Positions 29,235 to 43,513 of a stretch of DNA of 64,000 nucleotides are shown one piece after another (position 1 is the first letter of the stretch; each line of letters starts with the position of its first letter). The translations under genes and the position numbers were made by a program. The notes below the pieces were generated by a model that was given only the letters and a program-made list of their open reading frames with translations, ran no database searches and was not told the origin of the DNA. The DNA comes from Bigelowiella natans CCMP2755 (lineage: Eukaryota > Protista > Cercozoa): the NCBI GenBank assembly GCA_000320545.1, contig ADNK01001088.1, positions 124,001-188,000 on the forward strand, written 5' to 3'.

Positions 29235-32095
29235 ATTCGAGCATCTCCGAAGCAGCCGCACATGGCCATTGAAAACACAGAGACCAGTACTACTGCTGAT
29301 ATACGGATATGGTAGGTAGACACCACTCGCTGTATCTTGTCGTCCTCCCATCCCTTTCCTCATTCCTAGTACTTTATTTCGTTTGGCACATATGTAGAGG
29401 TATCCTCCTCCTCCTCCTCCTCCTCCTTCCCCCGTGCTTCCTACCCCTCCTCTCTTTCTTCTTCTTCATTCTCACTTGAAATTCTCTACTACTACTACTA
29501 CTTCTACTACTGCTACTACTACTTTTGGGTAAGTTGCTGATATAAGAGAGCACGTGCTTCGGCCATCGGACGAAGCAGCCCTTTTCGGCTGCAAGCCCTA
29601 AGTTCTCGATATCGCCAAAGCACCGGATCAATTTCTCCCTTGTCCTCCCAGATATTATGAACACCTAGTATTTGTTAGTTTTCCAGGAGAGCAGTGTTAA
29701 ATGTGATTTGTATGTCGCTGTCATTATCGCCATCTCCCCAGCAAGACCCCCCCATAACACCGCATGATTGTATTCTCGTATACTGAATTTAACGTGCACA
29801 TAGCAATAAAAATTGGGAGTCCTCTTTGCACCAGGCGAACAGGAACATTTATTTATCCACCCGATGCAAATGTCGCGGAATCGTCAGTGTCAGGGGTCAA
29901 AAAATCCAATTTTCTTAAAAATAAATGATGATCATATGTTCATCGTTGTCATCATCATCATTCGTCAAAGCATCGGTCACGACAATGTTGGCCTCGTCCT
30001 CGCAGAGGGTCCTCAGCGTCTCTTTGAGCTGTGGAGGTGGGGTAGCTCCTGATTTCGTGACTTCAATTAAGGTTCCATCGTAATCCAGCAAGATCAGCCT
30101 GGACTTGCTCTGTGTATGCACGCAGCAAAAATAATAAGAGAGAGAGGAGGAAGAGGATGATGGGGAGAATTCAGTAACTCTATGTTGTTTTGTGTCATGT
30201 GTAGCACATCCTCTTCAACCAGTCTGGCTTTCATCTCTTACTCCCTAGAGCTACATTTTGACTGCTGCTACGCAGGACCACTTATTAGTGGTGTGGTGGT
30301 GGTAGTGGTGGGGCATAGAACGCACCTTTCCATATGTTTTGCGGATGCTCTCCATGTCCACTTTCGCAAAGTCGGAGCGTAAGCCCACAAGCGTCACATC
30401 TGATGAGAATCCGACTTGCACAAACCTGCCATGGTCATCGTTTTATGATTAGCGCTAAAGTTGAGAAACTGGTAGGCAAACAGGTGCTGCATTGACAAAG
30501 ACACTCTTCGGCGATAATATTTATTATTTATTTGTTATCACTCTCACCGTAGATTTGAGTTGTATGCGGAAGCTTTTTTGAGATCCCTGAGAAATGACTT
30601 AGCCCAAAGCTCAAGGCTATGGTTCATCACATAGCGGTACCTACACAAATCAACAAGGACACCCAACGAGACGACGACAACGACGACCCACAGCATAGTA
30701 TCGTACAACAAGGACCTCTCAACAAAGATAGATCATAGTAGGAGCAATACAAGGCGTGCTATGTGCTTATGGTTGCGTGGACGTTGGGAATATTTTAAAG
30801 TGTAAATGAAGAACAGCTGCTCTTACCGACGAGCATGGTTGGACCGTCTCTTAGCAAGTGACATCTCCTGAGAATTCAAACAATTTTTCAGTGAAATCAT
30901 TGCTTACAGCCACACAGATTAAGGTTTAGCATCAGTCGGTTAGCTCGTCGTTTTTCATTCGACGCATGCTGCTGTTTAATTGTTTCTGGCTATGAGTTGC
31001 GAAAACTTTACCACAGCAGTCTTGATGGCGTCAGCAGTGTTCTGTATCGACCAAGGGTTTACGCGAATAACGCCGCTGAGGGATCGCGAACAGCCCATGA
31101 ACTCGCTAATGACAAGTGCCCCAGGGTCTTCTTTTCCCTGTGACGCAGTGTACTCGTATGGAATCAAGTTAAGTCCATCCCAGAAGGTGCTTATTATGGC
31201 CACATGCGAGAGTCTGTAATAGGCTACTAGTTTCTCCAGGGATGGGTTGTCGTCCGTGGTGATGATGTGCTGTCCGAACTCGTCTCGAATCTGCTTCACC
31301 TCCTTCATCACTAGCTTTCGTACCTCGTCTTGGTCAACGTTACTCGAGGGGAGAATGACCTGACCAAGAAATCGGAATTATAATCATAAGTAATGACGAC
31401 GACGACGATGATGACGGCGGCGGCGGTGGGGTGAGCACATAGGGACTTATACCTGTGTGAAAGTAAGGGAATCTTTCATGTGAGGGTGACTTCTGAGGAA
31501 GCGGTAGAACGACTGCAACTTCATTTGCGGCCCTTTAGTCAAGTCCATGTAATCCACACTAACTATGAGTTTCTTCTTCTTTCGCGAAGAGTTGAGGCCG
31601 AGAGAGACTTCGATAGCCTTCATTTCCCTTTTGGTTTAAGTCACATTCCACAACGTCGTAAGTCATCAATTCATCTCTCGGGCTAGGACACAGAGTTGTA
31701 CGCATTGTATCCGCTGGAGTAAATATTACACCATCTACATGAGAACAGATATGTTGGCACCAACCTCTTGACTTCGGACGATGCAGTAAGATTCTTGAAG
31801 AACTCGGATCGCGTACCAACATGGCTAGCAAATGATTTTTTAACATAATGAGAGATTTATATCCCCCCCCGTCCCCCCATATCCCCCATTTGAAATTAGT
31901 GACAATGAAAGATCGCGAGGTGCAATATTTTCTTCTTTACAATATTGCCCCTTTATGAGGTACCTAATCCGAATTGCAACTGATCTTCCTGCGTATGTGA
32001 TTCCTATGGAACCTCCGGCTAAACTCTGTATTATTCACAAATTTACGCCAATGATGTCGTTTCCCCCCTTCATTCCGTCGAAAACAACAACAGTG

Positions 32096-32134
<39 letters not shown>

Positions 32135-33319
32135 ACTACCACCGCCTACTACAACTACTACTACCACTACAACTACTCGAATTTGTACCTTATAGTCCAG
32201 GTTCATCAGACGTTTAACGCATGAGAGAAAATGGCGCACATAGTCGTACGTTTGAAAGCCAATCAAGTCGCATGCTAACATCCCTGTCGATTAGCGAATT
32301 CCAAATTACTCGCTAAAACAAAAACTTGCTAATTAAAATCCTTCCAAGTCACTTGCATTATATTTCTGACACCAAATCAAATGGCCCATTATGCGGTAGC
32401 TAAGTAGACCTCGCAAAAGATTTTCTCGTGCTGGCAATGAACGGAATACTTCCGAGGAAGGCCAAGGTTCATGCTGACAATACAAACAGTTACAACATGA
32501 TGCATGATGATAATAACACAACTTATCTATGTTTAGAATAAAAAATAGATATTCTAAGGATATCGTGGGTGGTATTACCACAAAAAGACCGATTCGCGCT
32601 TTCGGTAATCGACGGCGTACGAGAGAAGGAACGGAGAGGAGGTGGTATCTAATATGGGACCCAGGGCATAAAAATATTAAGATAACAGCGAGACTCGCTC
32701 AAATTAAACATTTTAGATACCCATGAATCCATATCATGTTGTCGTTGTTCTCATTGACCCGGGTGACAATTTTCGAGAAAAACATGTTGCCAGCGGTGTA
32801 TGCTGAGAATGAATCATAAGAACACATGTTAGCTTTAAACTTGTTTTCATTACATCAAATGGGATTTAGGTACATTTTTTTGCAGTGACTGTTACGATGT
32901 CATCTGTTCTTTCTTCTTACCTTGCCAAACAGCATCCCAACGTGTGCCAAAGTCCGTATCCAGCTTTATAGCTTGCGGCATAACGTAGTGAAAAAGAGGC
33001 CAAAGAGTTCCCTAAACCAAAATACGAACAATAAATTATGGTATCGTCCATGGCCATCCTTTTCGGCACATGGCTCATTAACGCTGCTCAAGTATTAATC
33101 GTTACCTTGCAAAAGCCTTTGTAGAATTTCTGCTTGATGTCACGAGGCAAAAAGACCGGAAAGCAGTTGAGCTCCGCCAACTCATCTTCCAAGTCAAATT
33201 GCTCTTCCTGAGAGAAATTTCAAAGACTATTGGTTTTGTTCTCATAAATACGATACGTAGATCACAGCTGATTTGATCGATACATGAATATACAGAAGAT
33301 ACAAAAAATTTAGGATATT

Positions 33320-33363
<44 letters not shown>

Positions 33364-34099
33364 CAAATGTATATTTTCTGAATCACTATGCGTGTTTTGT
33401 GGCGGTGGAACTCCTGGGGATGCATATATGCTGATTCTATCTACACGACTGAACAAACTATGTGCCTCACTTTTGGAATATCGGGGCCCGGGACTGTCCC
33501 AACCCACTTAACGATAAGCTTTTCACTGGGATACGACCAAAAAAGCATAAATCAAAGATAAGTTTGGGAATGAATGATAAGCTGTATACACTTTGATACC
33601 TGTGAAGAACACGCAAGTCTGCAAATACATTGCGAGCGAAAGGATCGTCCCATGTTGCGACCCAGCGGCCATTCTTCTTCTCCACCTTGACAGGAAGGCG
33701 GAATGCTACGATAACAAGCTCCTCTGGCTCTGAGCTCTCCTTGTTTTCAAGGTCCTTCTCCTCATCTTCCTCATCTTCATTGTGCTCAAAAAATGTCAAA
33801 CTTTTCTCTTCCCGTTTGTTGTCCTCCAGAAGGCTTTCGTTTGTGTATATCGAGACAGTCGGCGGTGCAGATTTCCCCCCTGAAAACACGAAATGTATTC
33901 TCTGTGGCTGCTGATATATCAAATAACTAAACATAATCGAAACCTTTAAAGCTAACATAAACACGATGAAAACGAGAACAATAGATCTTATGTCAAAAAC
34001 AGAAAGATTAAGAAGACAATGTATCTAACCAATCTCATTGAGAAAATAGCCTCCGATGACTGCGATGATTATACTCAAAGCCCAAATCACCCACTCCAT
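27250..34099 (-). CDS. Bifunctional-architecture trehalose-6-phosphate synthase/phosphatase (GT20 + HAD-IIB) with an N-terminal TM anchor
   Basis: LVIVAFRLPV, KFYKGFCK, LWPLFHY, HEPWPSSEVFRSLPARENLLRG, LACDLIGFQTYDYVRHFLSC, ALVISEFMGCSRSLSGVIRVNPW, RLILLDYDGTL, FIISGR, LAAEKG, ADPDYGQMQAREM, VGDDVSDEKMF. Confidence 0.92.
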
Positions 34100-34232
34100 C
34101 TTATTGGACAAATTCGCTTACTCCTGTAGATTAATAAATACAGAGAACCCCAAGTATGACGATGAAGTTATAAACATAATGTGAACTCAAGTTTAAAACA
34201 AATTTGAGACCCAATCGGGACTCCTTGTCAAT

Positions 34233-35116
34233 TTGGAAAGGTTTGAACTTCGTGTTGGTGATAATATCGTGTCAAGGGAACAAATTCGTTTTTCCAAGTT
34301 ATTGATCCCGAATAACATCCATCCCACAGTACATGTTGCTTCGAGAGTGTTCGGTGAAATCATTCCTGTGAGACTCAGCAAAAATTTCGGGATTACCAAA
34401 GGAGCCGCCGGGTCTATCCTCTTTTATTTGATCCAGGGGGATCTCTCCTCTCTTTCGCTTGTGTCAAACGGAGATCTATTCCTGCCAGAGCCTCGTTATG
34501 ATGAAGACTTAGGGAGCGAGAAGGGGTAAGGGGGGAAAGGATTTTGCTTTTTTATGAATATGTGCCATTCTTCTCCTGCGTCATAAATATTTCCATATTT
34601 CTCAGGATTCTGCGATGGCATCTCGTTTGCTCGCATCACATTCTTGAAAAGCACACTGTGATAGTTGTACCCAGCTTTTATAAGATAGCGACATGCTCTA
34701 TCAATTGTCGTACTAATTTTCACCTCACTGCTAAAAATGAAAGCATTTTAGATTGTTGTTGTTACAAATTTCCATGGATTTTAACTGTGCGTCCCTCCTG
34801 GGCTACATGTAGATCTAGATCTAGACCTGTCAAAATTCAGCCTGGTTGCCAAAAAGCGCGACAAATTTTAAATCATTTGGAGGAATTATTTTTCGGTGTT
34901 TTTCTGCAAACTAGATTTCGTGCCTTGCTTTCCACGTGGCATGGGTGGTCTTGCTGTTCAGGGGAGGGGGGTGAAATGATTCATTCATGCAAACCAAGCT
35001 GCGAGTGCCGTCGAAGAATGCAATTAACACATTGCCGATGCACAAACTTGAAAGTTTTTGGTTTCCAATTCATTCAAGACGTGGTGCAGAAGTTTCACAC
35101 GACAGGAAAACTGTGA
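34233..35116 (+). CDS. Possible small hypothetical gene; boundaries uncertain
   Basis: Spliceable + strand segments (...DEDLGSEKG|ILRWHLVC...; PGCQKARQILNHLEELFF|GEGGEMIHSCKPSCECRRR...HTTGKL*) with GT/AG sites, followed by the same kind of 3' spacer seen after other + genes. No homology recognised. Confidence 0.3.
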
Positions 35117-36084
35117 ACGAAGAAACGAAAGAAGTCTTTCCAACGGTGCTGTCAAAAGGATCAAAAGAATTCATGTCGAGTGTCGTTGAAGCGCAGCAAC
35201 TAGCAACCTTGATGATGCGGATCTTCATTTCTCGGTGTTGCACGTTGCACCTCAAGTTGCTAGCTTGTCGTGAGTGTGCATGGCATGTGCGACGACGGGA
35301 GCCACGTCGCTCGAACGAGTGGCAACAGCTCCACTTTCTTCTCCTTCTTTTTTCACGTTCACGTCATCATCATTGGCTTCATTCTGTGCATCACAAAACT
35401 GATTGCCGCGTACAAGATCACTTGTGGTGACGATGTGAAAAGTGACACAGTCAAACGCGACAAAACAAGCACGCCACGGTGCGGTGGCGGTGGCGGCTAT
35501 GGACGCGAGGGCGCATCGTGTTGACAGCTGGGACAACGGACACAGGCGTGCGCACGTGCATGCATGATGTGCACTTTGTCCGCGGTTCACAGTTCCAGAG
35601 TGATGGAGTTGCGCTGCGCGTGCATCACCAAATCGCAGATCGCGTGGCGTGCTCACGCCACCCGCGAGGCACCTGCTAGCGTGCCAGAGCGGATCATGCG
35701 CGTGTGTCACAATGCGCAAGCTTGACCAATTGTCCCATGGAGACACAGTGTGCACACATGTGAAATGGTTGTCTGCACCCACTTTGTCTCTTCACATCTT
35801 TGGACCCAGTTGCTCGTGGATTGTGGGATCGACTGCTTGCTCCACAGCGCGTTGCGTTCGTGTAGTCGCCACACCGTACTCAATTCTGAATCGATGATGC
35901 AATCTAGGAATTCCAATGACACGACAACATTGCATTGATGGCGCATCCTGCGAGTCATGCGCGCTAGCGCGGGCTGTGATGTGTCTGTCAAACGCAAACA
36001 AATTGTGTCGTGTCTATGTGTCCATCAATGAGCTGTCCACAAGATCCAATGAGTAGCATTCACTTGTTCTTAGTAGTCTTTTTG

Positions 36085-37665
36085 TCAATCAGTCGCGCTG
36101 CTCTTCGTCGCTGAAAGAGTGGCTGTTTGTGCATCTTTGACAGATTCTACCATGAGATCATGTTCTTTCCTTTCAGAATTTCGAATTTTGGCGGTGTACT
36201 TGGTCAGATCTTTCGTCATCGATTGCCGCTGTGTAAAATATATTTTTATCATTTTTCGACTAAAATCAGAGATGGGAACTTCATATACCTGTAGTGGCAT
36301 GCTTGGCAATCTGGTTTCATATTTCCTTTGCCTATGGATAGCCTCTTCTCGTAACATATATATAATTTCCAATCTTTCACCTGGGACTTTAATACCAGCA
36401 TCCTTAAGCAACTCATTTAGAAACACGGGCTCGAAGGCAAATTCTATCAGCCTTTCTTTGTGAAGTTTTGCATATGTAAGTTGTGTTTCATGGAGTTCAA
36501 TAGCGTCGGCATCGTCCCCGAGTTCACGCTCTTTATGGCAGAAATAAAGAACAACTGCTGATGCAATAATATATCCTGCGGCTGGAAAAACAAAGCATAT
36601 TATTATGTATCCGTAATAATTGTAGAACACATCCCCTGCATTCAGTCTCGGAAAAGATACTGTTGTGCCATACTCGAGTGAGAAGAAAAAAAAGAAGATC
36701 CCCGCCAATCCGAGGATGATCATATAAATGAGTACGGGAAATGTCAAAGCAATGAAGTCCTGGTATGTATCAGGATCCTCAAGTGGCTTGCACATGATAA
36801 GGACTAGATACATTGTAATCCCTAAAAAGAGGACTGTGCCGACTAGTGCTATCGATATACTGGACGATTCAAAAACTTGGTATGAAGGGAGCTTTTTGTC
36901 GAGTCCATCGCACATATTTTGGTTCCAATCGCCGAACGGAGGGTCACTTCCACCTAAAAGTTCAGCTCGATTTGCTGAATACCAATTACACTGTCCGTGC
37001 ATTGTATCGCCTCCCTTGCTATATATGTGATCTAATCTTGCCGCTGCCTCAGTTGCATTCAAACCGAGTACATGCTCTAAGTGTCTTTGGTCAGCCTCAC
37101 GAAGGTGTTCGGGCTCGAAAACAAACATATGCGCGACAGAAAATGATAGCACCAGCGTGAAGACGATTAACAGCATGTCGAGCATAGCCTAAAATCACAA
37201 GTGATTCAGTTATGTTAACCTTGCAATGTCGTTCCTCTCCGTCCAAAATTAGTCATTATCACCTTAACATCCTCTCTGTCCAAAGCACTTGTTGTATACT
37301 TATAGTTAATCCAGAAAATATAACACTTGCCGCAACCATGACACATTTTATCCGGGTCCTGCGTGAAACTGTACCGAAAAAGTAGAAGTAAAGAAGGAAC
37401 ATGCAGACGATATCGACTGATTTGTTTGTACATACCTTCGAAGAATATCAGGATCCACGTGCCCTACCCTACATATAACATCCAGATTAGGATCTAATAT
37501 GCTTTCAAAAAGGTTAGTACTAACACATGCGAGGATACACGATAAATCTGAGCAAGACCTGCCAGTAGATGCTGCAAATTTGTTGTCATCGTCTTTTGTC
37601 GATGCCATCTCAACGTCCTTGGTGTTCTTACGCTCATTAGATTTCTGAGGCGCCTTGGAATCCAT
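36085..37665 (-). CDS. Hypothetical multi-pass membrane protein with a C-terminal SAM-like domain
   Basis: Starts MDSKAPQKS at 37665, with short 5' exons and a long last exon (366 codons) containing 4 hydrophobic segments. These are followed by QLTYAKL...LLKDAGIKVPGERLEIIYML, which resembles the SAM helix-5 motif. Confidence 0.65.
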
Positions 37666-39201
37666 AGTATTTGCTGGGCATGAAGTAGGTCTAATTGGGG
37701 CAAGCTGGAGGACAGAAGGAGACAACGTATGCGAATTAGGTGTATAAGGAGGAGGAGGATGAGAAGAAGAAGAAGAAGAAGAAGAAGAAGAAGAAGGAGA
37801 AGAAGAAGAAGAAGAAGAAGAAGAAGAAAAAGAAGAAGAACGTAAGGAGAAGAAGTTGTCAATTATTTTCGGTTCATAGGCATTCTTAGGTTTCACACCT
37901 GCTTGGAAAGCCCAGCTAGAAACCTCTTCGGCTTTTTGCCACTTCCACCAGGTGCTACCTTGCTCATCAAGATACCCTATGGTGATTTCATTCGCTACCA
38001 GCCTAGTGTTGCGCAACTTTAGAGGAGTTCAAGGTCCACTCGATTTAGAGCCGTCGTCGATCGAACAGCCTGTGGCGAAAAATGTGCCATTGCCTTTCCG
38101 TGTTTCCGGATGACTCGATTATTCCGTTACTCGGGGTTACTACTGCACTCACCGTTGTCGTCAAACGTGCGACACCGCTTCCTCTCTTCAGCATTTCGCT
38201 CGTCCATCAAAAGGTGTCACAATTAAAAGAAGGGTACTAATGCAGGAACTATCTGAAAAATTCTTTCACGATTCTGCCTAATTACAATCGGACGAACCAA
38301 GTGTCGCTTCTGTCTTCGTCAAGGTAGTACAAACGGGAAATATCCAAGAATTTTTATCTAAAAGATGAAGCCATGACCCGGTACCTAACTAAGACTTATA
38401 CCTACGAATCCGACCGCGATTCCTACTGAATCCCGGTAGGAAATAGGCGTAGTCTTATGATTAATCTCAGCGACATGTTCGCTTCCTTGTCGCAATCAAA
38501 ATTGTAATGAACCGCGAAACAGTGTATACAGTTACACGAAGTAAAAAGGGAAATAATAAAGGAAATAAAACTTGGAATAAATGTTGATATATCAGGTCAA
38601 ATCCTGGTGTATTTGTTACGGCATCTTCACACTGCCGTCGATCCTGTGAGTGGGTCTAGTTCTTGTTCCCCGTCAAATTCTGTGGTCAAATTGGCATTGA
38701 ATCTTTCTTTCGCACTTGGGTAAAAAATATCACATAAGTAGGAGCAAGGAGGAAGAGGCTCATAATGTGGTAATTCGTCCGATAAAATAATTTCAGACGA
38801 ACGAAACAGCATTGCGATCAGGAATGGTCCAATCATTGCATCGGCCCTCCTTCTAGCATCTAGGATGCAACTTAGGTTGGCGAGTTGCGGGTTCGGCACA
38901 CAGTTGGGAATGCTCTGAGTATGAGAGGAGTTATGAAGTTGTGGAGAATACAGCTTTGATTTTGTGTCAATCCTGCGAGCTCATCGCTTTTGGAACTTGA
39001 TTCACACCGAATTCAACTAACGAATAACATTTTTCAAAAGAACCATAAATTTGAGTCACTGTTCTGCATCCTGAATGGTTTAGATTCATTCGTACAGCAA
39101 TGCTCAACATTACTATCGTAACTAACTCTAATATTGCATTCTCGTTTCCTTTCAGACAACAGGACATGGGTTTTCCCCAGGATTACACCTGCAGATACTA
39201 A

Positions 39202-39557
39202 ATGATTCAGAGTAGGGAAGAAAAAGAGAAGGATGGTAGTGCCAACCGCAAGACCAACTGCACTCAGGGAGGGGATACTCAACCAGAGATTGACACGCTC
39301 AAAAGGCAACCTGAAAATGGAAGTCAGGCTGATTCGTCCGCAGATGAGTCGCCGAATGGGCAAAATGCATACCTCGAGAGGGCGATGAGAGCAGAGGCAA
39401 GGGCTTTGCGTGCTGAAGAAATTGCGAGGGAACTGGCAGTAAGACTTAAGCAGCAGAGAGGTGTCCTCCGCGCGGATTCCGATAAACAAGGGCATTCATC
39501 TTCATTAGGATTGCGAAGCTCCTTGGTAAACCAACGCGGCAATTCCTCCAACAACCC

Positions 39558-39596
<39 letters not shown>

Positions 39597-42500
39597 TAGC
39601 AAGGGAGAGGGGAAGGAGAAGTTCGGTCTCGCTGATACAATTCAAAGACTTTCCAAGGTAAGCGTGGAAGGGAGAGGCGGAGGCGAGGAAATGAAAATGC
39701 AAACGTCTTTGCAGAAGTTGGCAGATATTCATTTCGACACGGATGCAACTGTCCAGACTAGTAACTATATTAGCGCTGCTGCCGTTGCCCGCATGGCTAA
39801 TAGGAGGAGTGTTGATACTATATTGAACGACCTTGCTTTCGTCGAAGAAGGTTCAGATTCTTCGTCGGTGGGAAGGGCTGTCAGTTTCTCATCAGTTGTC
39901 ACACCCAAGACAGTAACAAGTATGCCTCTGAGCCCATTGTCATTGGGCAGTAAGATAGACACCACTTGGCAAAAAAAACCGCCAACTAGGAATCCCCTTC
40001 TTGAAACGGTGAAAGAGGGTGGATCCAACCATTCTCGCTCGACACTGAAGACCAAAACTAAAGATCCAAATGAGAATACAGCTGACGGTGACACTGACGT
40101 TGCCTCCAACAACGCTATTGCTAATTTATACATAAATCAAGACAACCTTGACATGGAAGACGATGTGGAAATAGTAGAAATAGATATTAAAGATGATAAT
40201 GGTTATGATGATTCCAACGACAACGATAGCAACAAAAACAAAGAAGTTCGCAAGAAGCAGCTTACAATCGAAGTGCCTTCAAATTATACAAGCGAGGGAG
40301 GAAGCAGCCCCCCCATCCTAAACGACTTTAGATCACCACAAAGCCAATCCTCAAGCTATGTTAGTGTCGGAAATCTATACTCATCAACGGCAGTTGAGAT
40401 AAAGGAACCGCAGCCCTGGGACCAAGAATCGCCAAGAGGGCGAGCCATCGTTAAAGCATTCAATAGGTGGATTGTCAGGAAGAAGGACAAGCTCACTATG
40501 GACTCGGCCTCATGCTCATGGAACGACCAGTTTCAAGCTGCGCTAGAGGCAAGAGACTACCATAAATTGGACCAAGTAGGAGAGGACTTCATTGCTCAAG
40601 TCAAAATGTCAGTAACCTAATGCACTCGACAATGACTTGTGCCTCCCAGTACATGCAAATAGACATATACTTTATTGTTCCTAAATTATCACCGGAAGAT
40701 CGCTTTTTGCGGGAACCTGTCATTTTCCGATGTAGGTTGACTCTCGTCATCTTGGTAGTAGTTTACATGTCACAAATATCTGAAGGAAGTACAAGTATTG
40801 GCGATAGGGCTCGTCACTGATTCTCTTACCCCTCCTCCCCTACCTTCCTTTCTCTGTTCATTAATCTATGCGTAGGTACGGTAGGTTGATCATCTCTGAG
40901 CATCAAATGAAGGACGCAAAGAAGCGTACAGTCCCCGTAGCAACACGGTTTGGTGGAACAGCGGGGGGCGACAAGTATTTTATCAAAGGCATACTGTTCA
41001 AGCTGGTAAAAGACCCTGAAATCTCGATAAAAGGTAAGAAGGCGTGGGTATACGGAGGGAAATACCCTCAGTACACATTCGCCATGAAGAACGCATCACA
41101 CGACCTGATGGGGGCTGAGTGCTATCTAAACTCGTCGGAGAAGAGAAGGGACGAGGGCGAGACGCTTCGGGTTCCCATGCAAGTAGTAATAGACTATTGG
41201 GGCTTCCGAGTCATCGCAATGCCGTATCTCGATCTCAAGGAGCAAGTGTATGGAGGCGGGGGGCAAATCCTGTACGACGGAACAGGTCACCCTGACGTGC
41301 AAAAGGTCATGATGAAGACGGCAAAGGATCTGCATCTCGCGCCTCATTCCGTGCTAGGCAAGCGACTCTACTGCGCAGGAGACGTCGAAGTACATCGCGG
41401 TCAAGACGGGAAGCTGTACACTCTCGACCTTGCACGGACTGTTCCCTGCGAGAGCCAGCGCGTCGTCCATCAGATAAAAGGCCATGTAAAACCAGATGGA
41501 CAAGCTGAATTCTACTGCCTTCTCCGAGCGGAGCTGATCGAGCGATGGAAGAACAACGGCGGCCCGCCTTTAAGTCCAGATGCGTTCACTGGGTTCAGCT
41601 CCAAGGACCCGAGGTCTGAAGAGCACAACCTCAACATCGACAGAGTCACTGACTTTCTGCTCAAAGACTGTATTCCCAAACTGGCCAGGGAACTCGACAG
41701 CCTTTCTGAGGAGGAAGTTGAGAGATTTCGCGACAGCGTCTCCATGCACTTGCACCGTCATGGCGTAAACTTGAGGCACACGGGTTACCTGTTGTCCCTG
41801 TGCCACTCGTACAGCATCCGTCGCATCCTATTCATGCAGATTGTGTGCCGCTCCTTGAAGTCATTGCTGAGGACCTGTCTGAGGCAGGCGTTGAAGGAAT
41901 CTGCCGAGTTTCCGAGCGAGCACTTGATGAAGTGTACCGTCGTAAAACTGCTAAATAGCACGATTCACAACACGGGCTACTTTTGGGATATAATCGTAAA
42001 CTCGCAGATGATAAAGTCGTTTGGAAAGCTCGGACTCAGATTTCTACCGTTGGAATACAGGGCACCGGACAAGATCTACAAATACCTTGCAAGCTACGAA
42101 AATGGTAGCTTCATGATACAGTTGGTGCCCATGCTGCTCGAGATGACTGGCTTCGGTCTTAGACCTGATACTCTAGCCGACTTCAGATCGAACCAATTGG
42201 ATCTGTCCGTGTTCCAGTTTCACACACTCGATTTGGACGTGAGCCGTGTCACTATAAAGACGCTTAGCATCCTGCAATTCTCGGGGGCCAAAGTTCTGAA
42301 GGACAACTGCTCGCAGGTCATTCAGGACATGGCCCAGATGAAGCAGCGACGGAAGAGAACAGCCGCCATTGACACCACCCCCACAGCACCCACTAAGCTG
42401 CCAAGGAAGCGACAGCATCTGCCTCGAGCACCGTCATCATCCACCCCTTCTTCTTCTTCGTCATCATCATCATCTACATGTGGGCAATTGCGACAAGCCA

Positions 42501-43476
42501 TGCGCCTCTTGTCTCAGTCAGTGTCGAAGTGTACCGAATTGCTGCGAAGAAAACCTCGGCACTTAGCAGCGAATTACGAGAGGTTTCTAGCCAGCGTCAG
42601 GCTCGCAGAGCTTGAGCATAGGCACCACACGGCTATCAACATCCTTGAAGAGGCAACATCGTACTTCCGCTATCAAAGCACGCTGCAGGTGCCGATACGG
42701 CGACAGGTGAATCTTAAGTATGCGGTGTATGGACCTCACAGCTTGAAGGCATTAAATCGTATAAAGAACAACCAAAGCGGCTACACCACACACACGCGCA
42801 CATGCTTGCGCTCTGTGGACAACGCGTTGCTTCGTTACCATCGGCTGTGTCATAATAAGATTGACGACGACGACGATGATGACGATGATGACGACGACGA
42901 CGACAGTGTAGAAGAAAGAGAACGATCTATCGACGCCGATGCTAAATTCGAAAGTAAGCTAGAAAATAGTGGCAGCAAGCTCAGAGTTGACTCGAAGCTC
43001 GAAGGGAAAAGACAGCAGCAGCAGCAGCAGCAACATCAACAGAAATGGACCAGGGAGAGAGTAGGGTGGAAGAAGAAGAAGAGAATGAGTATAAGGCGGA
43101 TGTACAAGATGTTAAACGAAGACAGCATGGCCAGCCTAGGCCTGCTCTCCACCACATCGACGAGAAACTTGAAAACCGTTGGGGGGGAGCCTGACACTCC
43201 TGACGAAGTCATCTCTCGGGCGGTTGCGAGACGCCATCCCGCGGCATACGCCCTCATCGCGGCGAAAAATCGATACCGACTGCACTATGCTGCCCAGAGG
43301 GGGGGGCTGGATGTCGTGAGGTACCTCCTAGACACAGGAGTCTCTCCAAATTTACGCGATGACAAGGGTAGGACGCCTCTCCACCTCGCAAGCACGGTAG
43401 TTTGTCAGTTAGATCTCTCAGCATTGAATGATAATACCAGTAGCAGCAGCAGTAGCAAAAGTAGTATAGTAGGAGC

Positions 43477-43513
<37 letters not shown>

